Shown here: positions 13,120 to 28,100 of the stretch, one piece after another
Position numbering within the stretch: the first letter of the stretch is position 1
Layout: each line of letters starts with the position of its first letter
Source of the DNA: Ascidiella aspersa
Lineage: Eukaryota
Direction of reading: 5' to 3'
Assembly (NCBI GenBank): GCA_963924565.1
Contig: OZ004615.1
Location: 7,378,001-7,442,000, forward strand
DNA length: 64,000 nt
Made by a program: the position numbers and the translations under genes
The notes under the pieces: model-generated
Database searches by the model: none
What the model saw: the letters and a program-made list of their open reading frames with translations, nothing else
What the model was told of the DNA's origin: nothing

Positions 13120-16100
13120 ATGGCGTCGGCGCATTCGAAACGCACCAAGCTGTGGTACACGATCCAACCCAAGGAAGAAAGGGACGGTGCTGGCAGCTGC
13201 GAGTATTTAACTCCGATCGGCAACGAACGCGCAAACGGAAGTCCGACCTATCACAAAATCGGTAAGTTTGCAACAGTTAGCGATACCTTTCTCACATACT
13301 CTGGCTGAAGTGCTGTGAATTATGCAACTGTATTTACGCCTGAAGTAAAAACATCTTATTAAACAAGTGTGTACAATTGTGATCTGGCCCTTTGATTAAG
13401 TCCTTGAGGTACGAGTGTTATTTAATGTTTATTTGACAAAAGTGTTTGGATTAAGTTATGTTTCGAGCATGTATAACCCGACAGAGTTGGGACATAATAC
13501 ACCCTTGAGAATTGACCCTGTTTTCAAAGAGTGTAAATCCTTTCATTCTAACTAAAAAAAATACATGTAAAAAATAACACTACATACAGTCTTTCAACGA
13601 GAGGACAATTAAAAATGTATTTAATTTTAACTTGACTCAAACATATTCATACACATGAATGCAACTGAGATCTGGCCCTTTAGTAGTCGTACTGTTTAAC
13701 GATAACGCCACACATATCATAGTACACTGGGTCTGGGAGCCTTTAGAAAGGGTCAAACCGGAATCAGTTAGTGACAACCTGTGCATACGAAAAGGATGCG
13801 GGCAATGATGCCATGGTTGACTATTCACGTGCTCCCACTTAGGGAACGCGTAAGGCTGCTTTGCATTTAATGCAACCACGAGAACACAATAAACAAGCTG
13901 GTCACACTTCAAAATTGTGGCGTATAAAGTAAAGAGGCAAGCTTATGGATAGCGTGGCCCATTTCTCGTTTTAAAAAGCAGCTTAGTTGGTTGAGCGATG
14001 TCCAGGTATGGATATACCTCACTGCCGGCTATAGTTTATTTTCTGGGTTGGCCTTGCTTGTGTATATTTCAACAGGTGAGACATGACCACCGTGCTATCT
14101 GAACTCCACTAAATCGAAACTAAGACAAACTTTCATTGTAATTTAAAGAGCATACTGTCAGGTCGCTTATAGATTTATTGTACATTCACATAATTTAGCA
14201 TAGCTCGCTTTCAATAAAAGAGCTTACAGCGCAGTAAAAACGGGTCTCGCAAGTAAGGCATGCATTAGTTGACTGTAGTGTTTAATCCAACAGTAGCGTG
14301 ACACTATATAGCACAAGAGCGACTGCGATGGAGATTAGCTGAGTCGAATGTCGGCTAGATTTGCCAGAACGGCCACGAAAGGAAATGAGTATCTAGGTGA
14401 AATATTTAACACTTTACCAGGCGAACACGCTATAATTACAAGCACAAACAGACATGCGTCGTTTCTCTACACTTGCACAAAATCCTTATTGATGATCTGA
14501 TTTCGGTTAGTCCATCGGTACGACTTCTAAAGGGCCAGATCGCAGTTACACACACTTGTGTATGAATATGGTTCAGTGAAGGTGTAACCAACATTTTTTT
14601 AAAGATTCTTTCGTCGAAATTCTGTACGGTGTTATTTCTGTCCGATTATACATACTCGAAACATGACTTAAGTAATCCACAACTTTTATCAAACACATGA
14701 AATAAAACTCGTATCTCAAGAACTTACTCGAATCTTGTATTGGGGTTTAACATTTCACGCCTGGGCGGTAAGAGGTAGTTCGGAACAATTCGCCCTAAAC
14801 TTGGACGAAAACGTTTCAAGGCGTCAAGGACCCCAAACAATTCCCCGAATGCCTCATATCGCCGTCAACTACATCACTTGACAACTTGTAACTGTTTCCT
14901 AATTCTTTAGAATAGGGATGTGTTTAAAAACCTAGCTCTGATTTTTTGGCTCTGTGGACCTATCGCGGACTCGTCACGCGTAGATTTGGTAGATTGACAA
15001 GTTTTTTTTTAATTCAAAAAACGTGGGACCTTACATTTTTGTAGTAGCTCTTTAAGTTAATTAGAAGCACAGCTGTGATACGAATCGACCAATTTAAAAA
15101 AAATAAACGTCAATTGTGACAATAATGCAAATTAAAAATATAAAATATAACAAACTACGACAAATTAGAGATTGCGGGAAAACATTTAATTATAATTACA
15201 GCAATTCTAAGCAATGTCTTTATTCTCAAACATAGAATAAAGATGGTAAAGTTTAATGCCGCTTTTCCAAACTTATTGGTAAACAATTTGATGGTCCCAT
15301 AACCTTCAGAATTTGCTTTTTATCGTGGTTTAAAACAACCTCAACAGTTGGTGAAAAAAGTCCTCCAGTGTTATAGCGGTCGCGGCCTGAAAGAGTTAAA
15401 GTATTTTGGCGCAATTTTTGTCGAAGGTTGAACGATTTTAACCAGTGCGCTCGGCTCTGAAGTGGCCATCAATAGGCACTTGATTTAGGCCTAAAGCTTC
15501 AACACTGAAACTACTGAAATAGGATGCGAGTGCGCGACCAGTTTGCGCCACATTATTGCCAGCTTTTCCCTAATGTAAGTTACATTGCCGACTTCGACAT
15601 TTCGTATGAGTACACACAGTTAAGATAATCTTTCGCTCTTCATACCTCATGCGCAACACACCATAACAAACAACTAGAAGTGGAATAAATCATATTGTTG
15701 AAATGTTTTTAACGTGATAGGTTTTATTGCCTTATTCACATTTCACATTCTCTTTTGTGCAATTTTTTAGTGTTTTAAACGAGTCATTTTTAAATTACCA
15801 GTCAAGTCGTTTATAAAATAACTCAAGTCCCACAGAAATTCATCAAATCCCGATCAAGCCATAATTAGAGCATATCAACTCCAAGTTAAGTCCTTGTCAT
15901 ACAAAATCGAAATTTAAAGTATAAAAATTGTTAAACTTGCCCGATTGTGAGTAATAACTCTTCTAAAAAGTAAAAAAACACAACATATAGCAAGTGAATT
16001 GATTTGTTTCAAGAAGTAAGATAAATAACCCAATTTTATAAAAAATATTAAATGAAAACACCTATACCCTAACCCCAGTCATTTGTCCAAAAGACTTAAG

Positions 16101-19100
16101 TCGAGCCATCTAATTTCAAATGGTGACTTAAGTGCACTCAAGTCAAGTCATTGACTCATCTGTAAATCTTTTATACAGGTGCAATGGAAGCCAAAGACAT
16201 CAAGGAGATTCTGTGTCGGAAAATTGCCTATTTATCAGGTATGCCCTTTATTTTCAAAGTTTACTTGACATCAAGTTTTCCAAAATGTTGTGTCTACTTT
16301 TTCGTTGTTTTTTTGTTTTTTTTTAAGAATTATCACATATACTATGTACAGACCTCATTAATCCGGACCCTGAACAACTGGAATCTCCTTTATCCGACAC
16401 AATATGTAGAAATCGCTTTTCTTCCTATGTCTTCAGCTTTTAAAATTCAAAAAACGGCTCTCTGACTACGATTTAAAAAGTGTTAATAAATGTGGTTCTT
16501 TAACTTTTTGCTGAATACCATATGTGTTCGAGCGGTGACGATCCTCGTGGTAACATAATAGCGAAAAACACTACGCAACCATGTTGTTTTACCTATATTT
16601 AAACTTTCCACTAACGTACAGAAGTTAGAAGTAACGTTTTGCGTTTAAGCGTCGCGATTTAAACTAAGTTTTAACGGTTTCAATTACCCTGTATAAAGGG
16701 CAGGTTTCGATTGGAATACCCTGGGCCTGGGGTTCAAATACACTACTCGGGCTTTGGAATACGTTTGAGGAAATACCGTACTTAATCCGTGAGATTAATT
16801 TTCCTAGTTCGAGAATGGAACCCTGTTAAATCTAATTTAACAAAACAAAGTGTTTCGCATTACCGAGGTCAAGTTGCATATATACATTAAATCAAAACAG
16901 CTTGGATTTGCCACGAATTTAAAAAAAAATCATGACAAATATGTTTATTTCGCCGTTAAAATTTCTTTGAGGGTTTTGTGTGCTGGCTGGCTTCTGGTTA
17001 CGTACGCCGCACACACATCAGTATCCCGCGGTTATTTAGACAAGCACCTGCTGTGGCGCTACAAACAGTCGCGGTCGGATTAGACCGGCGGTTGAAACCG
17101 ATCCTGAGCGCAACAACATCAGCATACCTACTAACGACTGTTCGGAAACTGAAATCGCCGGTAGACAAAGGCGCCCAAGGGTTTAAACGCGGCTACAATC
17201 AGAATCCGGTACAAGCGATTTCCAGATCGCTCGATATAAAGCGGGCCAGTCCTGTTTACATCAATTAGCCCGCAACACAACAAAGGCCAAACGTCGCGCT
17301 GTAACCCGCCTTTGTGCTGTACCCAGGCGGAAAGGACAGGCGAGGGGGTCACATCGTAACCATACCCAACGTCACCGAACGCTACCCTTACACCGAGCAT
17401 GCCATCAGCACCACGCTACGATACCTCTCGTCCATTTTAAGGTAACGTTGCTTTTTCATTTGGCACTCATGCAGTTTAAGTTGCAACCGTATGCTAGTAT
17501 ACGTGATTGCATTGGTTACTACTATACTTGCCAAGGGTCACTGAATCTATTCCCTTGAGCAACCGCCAAATGATCCCTGTACGACGGTGTATTGACCGAA
17601 CTGAACATATTTTCTCCTGCATCAAGGCAAAAAATGTCATTGGTCATAACGCAGAACATAATGTTTTACATTCATTGGTTCTAACTGCTATATGATTTTT
17701 ATCTTTTTTTATCGGGTACTGCTAATTTCAATGCAAGGTTCGGATTTACTGGTTTTTACTTAAATTCAAACAAAATTCTCTTAATAATGTGTGTTTTTTG
17801 TAATGCTAATGCAAAAGACGCTATAATCCCAATTAAACTGTGCTATATTTTGTAGGTGTTATACTTTTTGGTGTAATACTTACACACCTACAAGAAGCAG
17901 TGTTCGGTAACATTACGTTCCTTGTACATTCGATTAGAATATTCACACAATCTATATATGGAATATTCTAAAATCCGTGAAACGTAATTTAGGTATAGGG
18001 TTAAGACGTACAGGTTTTTTTAAGGTTAAGCTTTGGTGACCCCTGTCAATTTTAAGGGACGAAACTATTTTACCTGAGGACGAACTGCTAATTTTCTGCT
18101 GTAGTTAAGGTATAGGAAGAATAGGCTATATTTGAGAAATCGTTTGATAAATTTGAAAGGCCGTTTCGGTTCCTCGTTACACCTTGAAAAACACTGCGTA
18201 CTGGAACCCGTACATGTACTAACTTTTGTTTATTACGAACTTCAGCACACAGAGACCTTTCACAATTCTGCTCGACGCTCGTTGTTCATCATGGAAAGCA
18301 GCCAAGCCCCTTATCAGGATAATGCAGGTGGCTCGTTTTTTTCTTTTGTGATGTATCTAATAATTTTCCGCGTAGTCTTGCTAAAATGTATAAAAAGCAT
18401 ATTCCTTTAAGATTATTAGCAAAGATGTCGATTCGTGACTTATGAGAGCAGTCCATTTTAACTATTTTTGTATGGTACACTATTTTGTATTAGTTCAAAA
18501 CAAGCACATTATGTCAGCCTAAACTAAAATGTGTCCAGATGCCTTTTGACTAATATTATTGCACCCTTTTGTTTGGTAAATGTACGGAAAAATATACCCT
18601 TGCGATATAAAGCATTACTACACCTATATAATTTTGTGTATCTCCATACCATCAATATAGTTTACCAACGTTGGGGTAAAAGCTAATATGCTCGAACGAC
18701 CGCCGAACAATCTTTGTCTCAAGTGTAAACTTTTCTTTCTGGCAAATTTTCGACAATGTAACATTTGAAAGAACAATTTAACAATTGAAACAATGCCTGG
18801 CACCAACAGTATGTTCATTACACGCTTTGCATTAATTTTTCAGTATTGCATGAGAGGCAAGATAGGCATGGTTTGCATCGTCAAGCCGGCAGTGTTCTGG
18901 GAACGGCAGCGCGCCAACTACAAGTTCAAAAAGTTCAAGGACCGCCTCGACTTCCAGGTGACCACAGTGCAGGCTTTAATATGCTATTGCTCTCAGTGCA
19001 ATAACGCTTATTGAATTAGGACGCGTGCGTATTATGAATTATTGAAAACGAAAATGTGGCTTGTCTATGGGGCGTTGCAAAAGAGCTGCGGTACATCGAA

Positions 19101-22100
19101 AACGTGGTATATCAAATAACATCGATATTTTAGGTCAAAGGCCTGAAATTCCTAAACGTTTAGTGTTGGTACACCTGAGAAAAATATACTTTAATAACCA
19201 CTACTTATAGAAACAAAACAATCAGTTATTTCCCAACAACGCATGTATTTACATCCAAATGATGAAGGCCTATGTTAAATGGTTATCTATTGAAAGGCTG
19301 ATATAGCCGCATATTTTGTTCAAACGATTAAAATAAAATTTTAAACACTTTTTTTATTGTAAATTGCGCATGTCTGCAATAGAGGCTTTTGAGTGACTAA
19401 AAATTAAAATACTGATGTTTGTCGAAAACTTCCGGTATATGTTTGAGTGCCATTATGTTTTTAGGCAATTTTTGTTTCTTTGGAGTATTCAATGTGACCA
19501 AGAAACCTCCTGTGTTTGTCCAATCGCCGCAAAATAAATTCGCGTACCCTTTTCAAGTCCCGTTATTGTAAAACAGCAAATTCAATTGCTTTGTGGCTTC
19601 TCTCGTTTATACATTTCATCGCTTACCGACTGTTAAGTAAACATAAACGTACATTGTACCAGTTTACCTGTTACTCCGCGCAATGCTATGAAGGTTCAAG
19701 TTCAAACGATACGTAATATATTTTTAATTATATTCCCTAGTATAATGTTTGTTTGGTTTTACTCAGGGTCTTTAATGGCTCTATTAACAATTTAAATGCT
19801 ATTTGATTGCAGAAAATTAGAAATTGCTTTGAGATGTTTAGATTACGCCTCTCATAAATTTATACTTTCAAATTTTATTTTAACCCAAACTTCAGGAATA
19901 TTATGTTGCTTAGGATGATATTGAACACACTTTTATTTTGGATCCGAACTGAACCCCATATGTTTAACCTAATTTTAAGATCTGGTTGAACTACAAACTT
20001 TTAAAAGTTGGTCCTATTATAATTTTTGTTTGCTAAAGTTATATACGCTTTAAATGTGCCAAGAACTGTTTACACAATGAAAACATTTAGCCCAATGTTT
20101 AAAGCACTCTTTCTCTAATCCGCCCTTAGTTATACAAACGTCCACACCCGGTCCAACTTACGTTTTACATTGTATCGTAAGTTCAGGCAACAACAATATA
20201 TATTTGTTGGAGACGTCTAGGAATATAACAAATTTTTTGTTGCCACCAAAGTAGGTTTTGTTTTAATGCATTGCTGCTGCTCACAAAAAAAAAGTTAGGC
20301 CATTTAACCCATCGTTAAAATACAACACTTGTCGTCGTTTACATTTTCCTGCTAGAAAGATTTGTAGCCAACTGGCTCCACAGCGCCACCGACGACGGTA
20401 ACACAATTCAATTAAAAAACTTATTATACATAGCTAAAAATAGACATGGGCAATTAAAAATAAAAACAATTGACTGACAAAACTTAGTTACTAAAACGTA
20501 GTCGTGTTACCATTTATTAACTTTTGCCAAAAAAAACGTAAACATTTAACTCTCTGTGCATTTGGTGGTGCGCTTGATGCTGTTTTATCCGCTTCACGGT
20601 ATAAAACTTTCGTTTAATTCATTTAAACTATAGCTCTCATCTTCAATCTAAAACGTTACAATTGCATTCGTTTCCCCGTGCGAGCGTTTAAAGTTATATC
20701 TCTTATCCACTCATTTTGAGGATTTTTTGGGCCGCCTTCAACCTGTAAGTTTTAGTGGCGCTGATGACACACAAAATGCTTGACCTTCGTACAACTGCGT
20801 TTCACAAGGTCGAATAGGAGTTTAATAGTTTGCATAATATATTCCCTATTTTACCGCATTGTAAAACGTATAGATGCTAAATATCCGCATTGTATGTTGT
20901 ATGCACAATTCCGTCGACAACGATTTAAACTATGTATGAATTCATTACGCCAAACTTCGCAGAAGTGCCCTTTTCATGAAAAATGATATATTGTTTTCAC
21001 AACGTGAAAGTGAAAAAGTGTATAATTCTTAATAAACGTTTTTTGTATGCATAAGAAACCGCTATACCAGTAGAATTTAGTGTAAATTACAATGGATTCG
21101 CTTGCTCTCTTGTTTGACTTAAAAATAGAAAAATTAGAAATTTCAAGTAACTTTTACTAGTCCACAGGACCGACAGGAGTAGGGCTTGAGCTACGGAAAA
21201 ATGCCAAAAAATTCGTAAAATGACATGGTTGACATTTGTTAAAACATTTTTGGTACCATTTTAAGCCAATCTAGAGGGCGTGGCCGCAAATTTTTTTTTT
21301 TTGAAGCTTTTACATGTTTCGTTTCGCTCAACAAAAAATAAAAGGAAGATTTTGCTCTACTAATTATCGTGCTATATCTAAACCTTACCATCCTCCATAA
21401 CCCTTTACCCATCTCTCCCACCTTTTCAGACGCACCTCGTCTCCGTGGAGAAAATGACCCGCTTCGTGAACCCAGATCAGCTGACTGGAGAGTTCGGTGG
21501 ATCGCTCTGCTACGACCACCACCAGTGGATCCGGAACAGGATCAACTTCGAGAAGTACGTCACCGACGCCGAGGAGAAGATGGACTTCATCCAGACGGTC
21601 GGGAGCGTTGCTAGGCGTAACCAGGTGAGAGGCGAGCGACGGTCGCCCTTTGGTTTATTTAAAAGTTTAGACGGGCAATTTAAACAGATCAATATAGTTG
21701 GTTCGTCGGATAATGTCGTCATTTTAATATAGGGTGGAGTTAATCTTGTTGCGTTTTAGTGGAACTGACCATCCATAATAAGAAAACCGAATAATGCATA
21801 TTAACGACATTTTACTAAGATGTTTTTGTACACCGGATTAAAACCAAATTTAAATATAAATAAATTCAAGCCAATTTCGAGCGACAAAAGAGAGCCCAAG
21901 ACATAGAGCATTCGAATGAACTGCCAATCAAAAAATACATCATTTTATTTTACCTTACCTGGTCTTCTTTCAAATTGAATTTCAATAACCTTGCCTTTCA
22001 ACGTGTAAAAAAACAGGAAATCCTAAACAAGTTGTCAGAACAGTGACACATATCGACAGGAAAAAACCCTATCCAAGATGGCTTTTTACTGAATAAATTG

Positions 22101-25100
22101 ATTAAACACAATAAAATTTTTTTTTGTGTTTTTGCAGCCTAGTACATCCGCGTCTAGTGCTGAGTACAGCGACAGCGGCAACGCCACAGGCAAGACTCAC
22201 ACGAGCACGTCGTCAAACGCGCCGTCTAGCGGCCATCACCGAGGTCAACCGTGTCCGCAGGTGGCGCCCTCGCCAAAGCCTCGATATCGTACCACGAGTC
22301 GAGACGGGGAATACGTCTACCACATTCCTAAAGAAAACAGGTTGGACATTGTTTTTTAGGCACATCCACCTATTGTGTTTTTTACGAGATATAGCAATAT
22401 TGTTCTTCGTTGTTGCCGTATTTGTCCTAAAAATTTAAAATAATTGGGACTGTTGGAAATTGTATGTTTCAGTTGACGAGCTGTCGTACAACCGTGCTTC
22501 ATCAGGCCAAGACACGGTTGTGCAAAACCTCGTAACACAATTTTTAAAAATGTAATGTTCATGTGAGGGAAGCATATATTACCACATGAAAAGGTAAAAA
22601 ATTGCGCTGAACAAAACTAACCTTGACTTGTGAAACCTTCCAAATTGCATCAACGTTGACGTATATGCATGAAGCGCAATGTAAACTTGTTTTTCTTGAA
22701 GTTCGGAGCGGTTCGACGACCCCTTAACCCCTGTTCCCGCTCCCCGAACTTCTGTGACGTCACCAATCCAGCCGAAGAGTCCTGTCGCACCACCAAGAAA
22801 ACGCAGAAGCAGGTATATGACACAATGTTTAAAATAAAGTTCCCAGGCTATTGTAAGTACAATCGTCATACGGTTTCATTTGTAGACATTCTTAAACTTT
22901 TGAAATATAAAAAAACAGGTAATTACCAAATACAAAGTTCAAAAGCATACTAAAGTGCTATTTTTTGTGCTAATTATGTAATTCTTGTATTAAAGTTAAG
23001 ATACAACAAAAGTTTTATTCTTGTCGAATATGTTTCGTTTCGTCTAGCCCAGTGGTTCTCAAAGATGTTTTCATATTTCTCCCTTAAATACTTAAACAAT
23101 GTTAATTCCTCCCCAAAAAATCTCACAAAGGAATATTGACAACATTTCACAGTATGTGGATAATGGATATGATGTGCAAGGTGCGTTTTTCTAATTCATC
23201 TCACAGATAACAGTGAACATTACAAAAGTAGGGTACAAAGCGTTATTCATTGTTAATGTGAACCATGAGCTTCATGTTGAAAACAAAAAACAATGAAAAT
23301 TGAGAAGAAAAGCATGTCAGTTTTGCCCGAAGATCACCGCGTTTGCCAATGTAAAGTGTTCCTTTTTTTGGTTAAAATATCTGTAATGGCACTAAAACCA
23401 AATTCAACTTAATATGTATTCGGAAATGGAAGAAGTGTTTGCTCTGCAACGGTTAATTTGGCATACTTAGCACAAACTTGTGGCTCCAACCACATGTTTT
23501 TTAAATGAATGATTTGGAAAAAAGTCTCTCTCGAGCATTTGCTTTGGCATTTTGCAGAGTTTAAAATATATACTGGATCTGGGCAATCTTATGTTTTACC
23601 CTTTCTTTACTTTACTTTTACGTATTACTTTTACCATGCTTTTACAACCATGCTAAAACAAACAAAAAAAATCCTCTTCAAACTTGTCATAAAAGTCTCT
23701 CGCCCTCGAACGTTTTTAGGTTCGGATAACTGTAAAGACTAAATATCGCGGGCCAAATATTAAATAGTTTGTCGAGCATTATTAACTTGAAATTATTAAA
23801 CGAAAATCACATAAACAAATTTTTGATTTAGTAGGAATATTAAAGCCCATATATGGAAGTGTGGGCAACATTTTAACGTTTTGAATAGCTTTTATTTATT
23901 TTAAAAATCAGATGTATTGTAAGTTTTATAAAATTATCGTTTAGTTTCAAATTTGTCCAAATTTAGTTTGTATTTTTTCGTTTTCTTTATAAACTATTAA
24001 TAAGCGTATTTTAGCAACACTAGGAAAATGTGCCACCAGCCGGAAAAGAGTTAACCCCAGTTTTTTACTGCTTTAAACCGGGGCTGCGGAGTCGGTTAAA
24101 AACAACCCGAGTCCGACTCTCGAGTCCGACTCCGGCCAAAAAAATACACCCGAGTCCGAATCCGACTCCGGCCAAATGTAAGATTTTGCCTAGTCCCGAG
24201 TCCAGCTCTGACTCTACAGCCTGTATTTTACCCATTTACGCAACTAAATTAGGGTGGTTTTCTGCAATCCACTCATATCGGTGTTATAATTGATCCACCC
24301 GCATTACATGGTTTAAAAATATTTCACATTTGTTATTACACTTTTACAACTTACATTTTGCCGCCTTAACTGTTTTAAAATTTGATACTGCGCATGCGCA
24401 CGTCGGACTCGGGACTCGGGTAGTTTTATGCGGTCTTACTCAAGTCCCGAGTCCGACTCCGGCAAAACAAACCGACTCCGTCGAGTCCCGAGTCCCGAGT
24501 CCGACTCCGACTCCGCAGCCCTGCTTTAAACTAACTTTAACAATATTTAAATGCCAGGAGTCTCCCACCGGAACGGGAACGCCGAGAGAGAAGAGTGAGA
24601 ACCAGCGAGAAAAAAGGCAAAGAAAGAAGGCAAGACGCTCCAAAGAACCGCTCTCGTGAACGTCCCAAGTCGGAGAGATACGAAGTTGGACCAGCCCCAT
24701 TTAATCATCTCTACGCCCTTCCGGACCCCGCCCCGGCCGAAGAGGACCCAGGTCCTGGGATGACCCGGTCGGTGTCGGACGTGACCCCCACCAAAGGACC
24801 CCACCGTAACGGACCGAGGCTTTTGCGCCGAAGACGCGAAAAAGACTATGGAGAAATGTGAGAAAAAATGTTGTATAAAAGCGGTTCAATGCAGCAGTGG
24901 GCAAATAATTCGCTCGCCGCTGGCCAAACCACATTCTTTAAAGTCCCAGTGGGCCGGACTAACTTTCGACCTATCCAATCCATTTGCCGACTCTGTGTGT
25001 AAGATGTTAATACTAATTTAGAACATTTTCAGCGCACTATATGAAGAAAAATATTCTCAACGACCCCAATGAAAAGAGAGAGTAAAAAATCATAAAACTA

Positions 25101-28100
25101 ATCGGTTTAAATATTTTTTCATTTGATTTTGGCGCACTTAGAAACCTTTTATGACGCACCGGTATGCCGCGCTGAACTGCACCGAACCGATTTAGCAGCG
25201 CTGGTTAACTAGTCGCATTTAATAGATTATAGTTTGTTTGCTTTTTCGCAACCACTTCAGAGTGAGTAAGAGTAGACTGTTATAGGGGACACAACATATC
25301 AGAATTCGAAAGCCGAGTCAATTATTAAGAATATTGTAGTCTTTTCACATACTATGCTCTTTGAAGCCTTGGCAACACCATAATATCGTTGTGGTTCGGA
25401 TCTTTGAAGCGGTTACACTGTAACGTTACATCGAGTTTGGGAAACTAAAGCAATGCGGGGTAATAAAATATCAATCCTACTTTGTCATAATTAAATGCAT
25501 TAAGAAATAAAACACAGTTTCAATATGAAGAATGAACTCTCGAATGGGATGCATACTCTTTCGCTAGAAGATCCACAAAGCACATTTCGACGAGCTTTAG
25601 TTTACCCACGTCTGCATACATGTTAAAAATATAGTAACAAAATAAATAACGTCAGTTTCGACGGACTCCATTTTGCTTTCAGCGAGCAGCTGACGCCCAG
25701 CAGATCGGTTCCCAACCTCGCCCAATCAGCGTCGAGTACGTCAGGCGATTCGGATCGCGTCAAGCGTCAGTTGCGTCACGCTCTGGCGCACTTTCCGAAC
25801 ACAACGTTAAAGCAAGGCAAGAGAAAATGCAAAAGACATTTAATTTTTTTATTTGTTTGTTTTTGCAGTGTCGGGATATTTTAAAAATTTTCTTAAAACT
25901 GGAAATATGGATAATTATTAAAAAATGCGTGAATTGTTTTTTTTATCATAATATAATAATAATAATCCATTGTTACAACTGTTATTTCCTTTCCGAAAAT
26001 TTATTTTTATACTATTTCAAATACAGACTTGAACTCTGTAAGATCCTCCACGAACGATTAAGGTGAAAAAGATCTAAAACAACTTTATTTAAAATACGGA
26101 ACAAAAACGGCATCATCAGTTCAGCTAAAAACTGTAAACACAAAGAAAATATAAAAGAGAGAGCTTTACATACGAAAAAATTCACATATAGTACAGACGT
26201 ATATCCCTCTATGAGCAACTATATAATAATATTATTATTTAAACAATTAAACTCTTTAACTGTCACTTTACAGGCGAGAAATTATTGGAGCAACTGCGAC
26301 GAGTCCACAGCGAGACAGGATTCCACACGAGTCCTTCCCAACCCATCTCGGATGAAGGGATGATGATGATGGACACCATCAACAAACTGCAGGTGAACTT
26401 GGTTTTCTGTCGTTATCAAAGAGAAGTAGTACAGCCATCTTACTAGCCTTTACCAAGTAGGTGAAAATTGGAAGAAAAATATCGATAGCAACGCAAGATA
26501 ATTTTTACGGCAAGCAAAAAAAGAAAGAGAATATTCACCGGACACACTAAAGTAGTTCCAATCGACATATTACAACTAACGGGTGTAAGCGTAAAAGAGC
26601 TTTCCGGGCAAATAGCCACTTCAAAAAAAGTTACAAACAAAAAAATAAGTTTAATTCTTAAACCTATTCTCAACTATAGGTGACTATTTACGTGCAATAA
26701 GTAATTGAATCCCGTTTAAAGAATTACGTTTTCCAGAAAATTCTCCACAATCTGGAGGAGACCTCGCCTCAGTACAAAGAGGAGGAGCGCAAGAGAAGGA
26801 GGACTCGGAGGAAGACGGTCACCGGGATCCCGGAGGTGGACGACGCCAACGGAAAGACGGAGGAGCTCTTCACCCCAAGAAGAATCCAAGAGAACCTCAA
26901 AGTGGTGAGTTAAATACTTTGTTGAATGGAGAAAAGATCTACCATTAGCAAGTAAGCCCAATTACTGCTGCTTTGAGAGCTTCGTTATTTGTTACACCAA
27001 TTAATTACAATAGGGGTTCTTAAACTTTTTTTACCGCAGATCCTTAAAACTATTTTTGCTTTGCGTGAACCAGTGTAGGCAAGATAGTTTAAGAGATGAC
27101 GTCATAAATTGACGTCACAATGCAAATAGACAGAAATATGCTGTTTCGGTCAAAAACATGTAAAAGCGCAATGAAGTCTAAACACATAGGTTCAGCGCGA
27201 AAACGGTTTATTTTTAATTTAACACCTTTCTTTAAAAAAACAATCAGATTTCAAATATACACAAATTTCAATTAAGGCTTCATAGACCCCCTAAAACTAG
27301 TTCACCTATTTCACGTACCCCCAAGGGTTTTATGGACCCCAGTTTAAGAACACTTGAACTAAAACCTCTAACTTTTATCACGCAATTGCCACAAACAGAA
27401 ATTGCAACGTTGCCATTCGGTGCTGACAAACCTTTAGCTGTTACAGCAAAGACTACAAGTGTTTACTGTTGCGTCGTTTACTACGCCTTGACGTAGGTTT
27501 AAGTAGACCAAAGTAATTTTTTTATTGTTTAAGTAAAAAGTTTTTTTTTTCGAAATTACATAGGTAATTCAAGTAAATCTGGTAAATGATGTTGATTCGC
27601 ACCTATATTCAATTATAACCAATCGGCAAATAGTTATATTTTTTTTATATTATTACTAAAATCTAAGCGTAATATGAACAATTTAGTTCCTAAGCATCAA
27701 AATTATACCGTCAACAACAGCGTTTTTAAAACGCTTTAATGTCATGTTTGTTTGTCTATAGGTAAAATTCAATTCTTTATCGGATATTTTTATCGCGCAA
27801 CCAAATAAAATATTTGGAATATAGAGAAACAGATTATATTTACTAATATTTTCTTTCCATTATTTCCACAAAATCACAAAGCTTCCACTATAAATATATT
27901 TTTATTAAAAATACAAAAGTAAAAAACAATGTTCGAGCGTCCATATAACGGCGCAATGGTGGCGGTCCTTTCGACTCGCGTTGTCTTTTGCCCATTCCCA
28001 TTGTCTCAATACCACAAGTTTGGGTATTTTGCTCTGAAAGAGAAAGGCGCTTGATAGCTGCGCAGCCACATTTCCACGGCGGTTGATTCGTTTGGCGTTA

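Noticed and set aside
17536-17626. Possible extra SEC14 exon (RVTESIPLSNRQM...)
   Set aside because: 17441->18246 already gives a colinear SEC14 alignment, and there is no phase-compatible donor.
20434-20443. Perfect MEF2 consensus CTAAAAATAG
   Set aside because: Single AT-rich 10-mer in an AT-rich 64 kb window; plausible by chance without conservation data.
24030-24659. ORFs rich in PSPTP repeats
   Set aside because: Translation of GAGTCC/GACTCC repeats of the MITE at 24079-24523.
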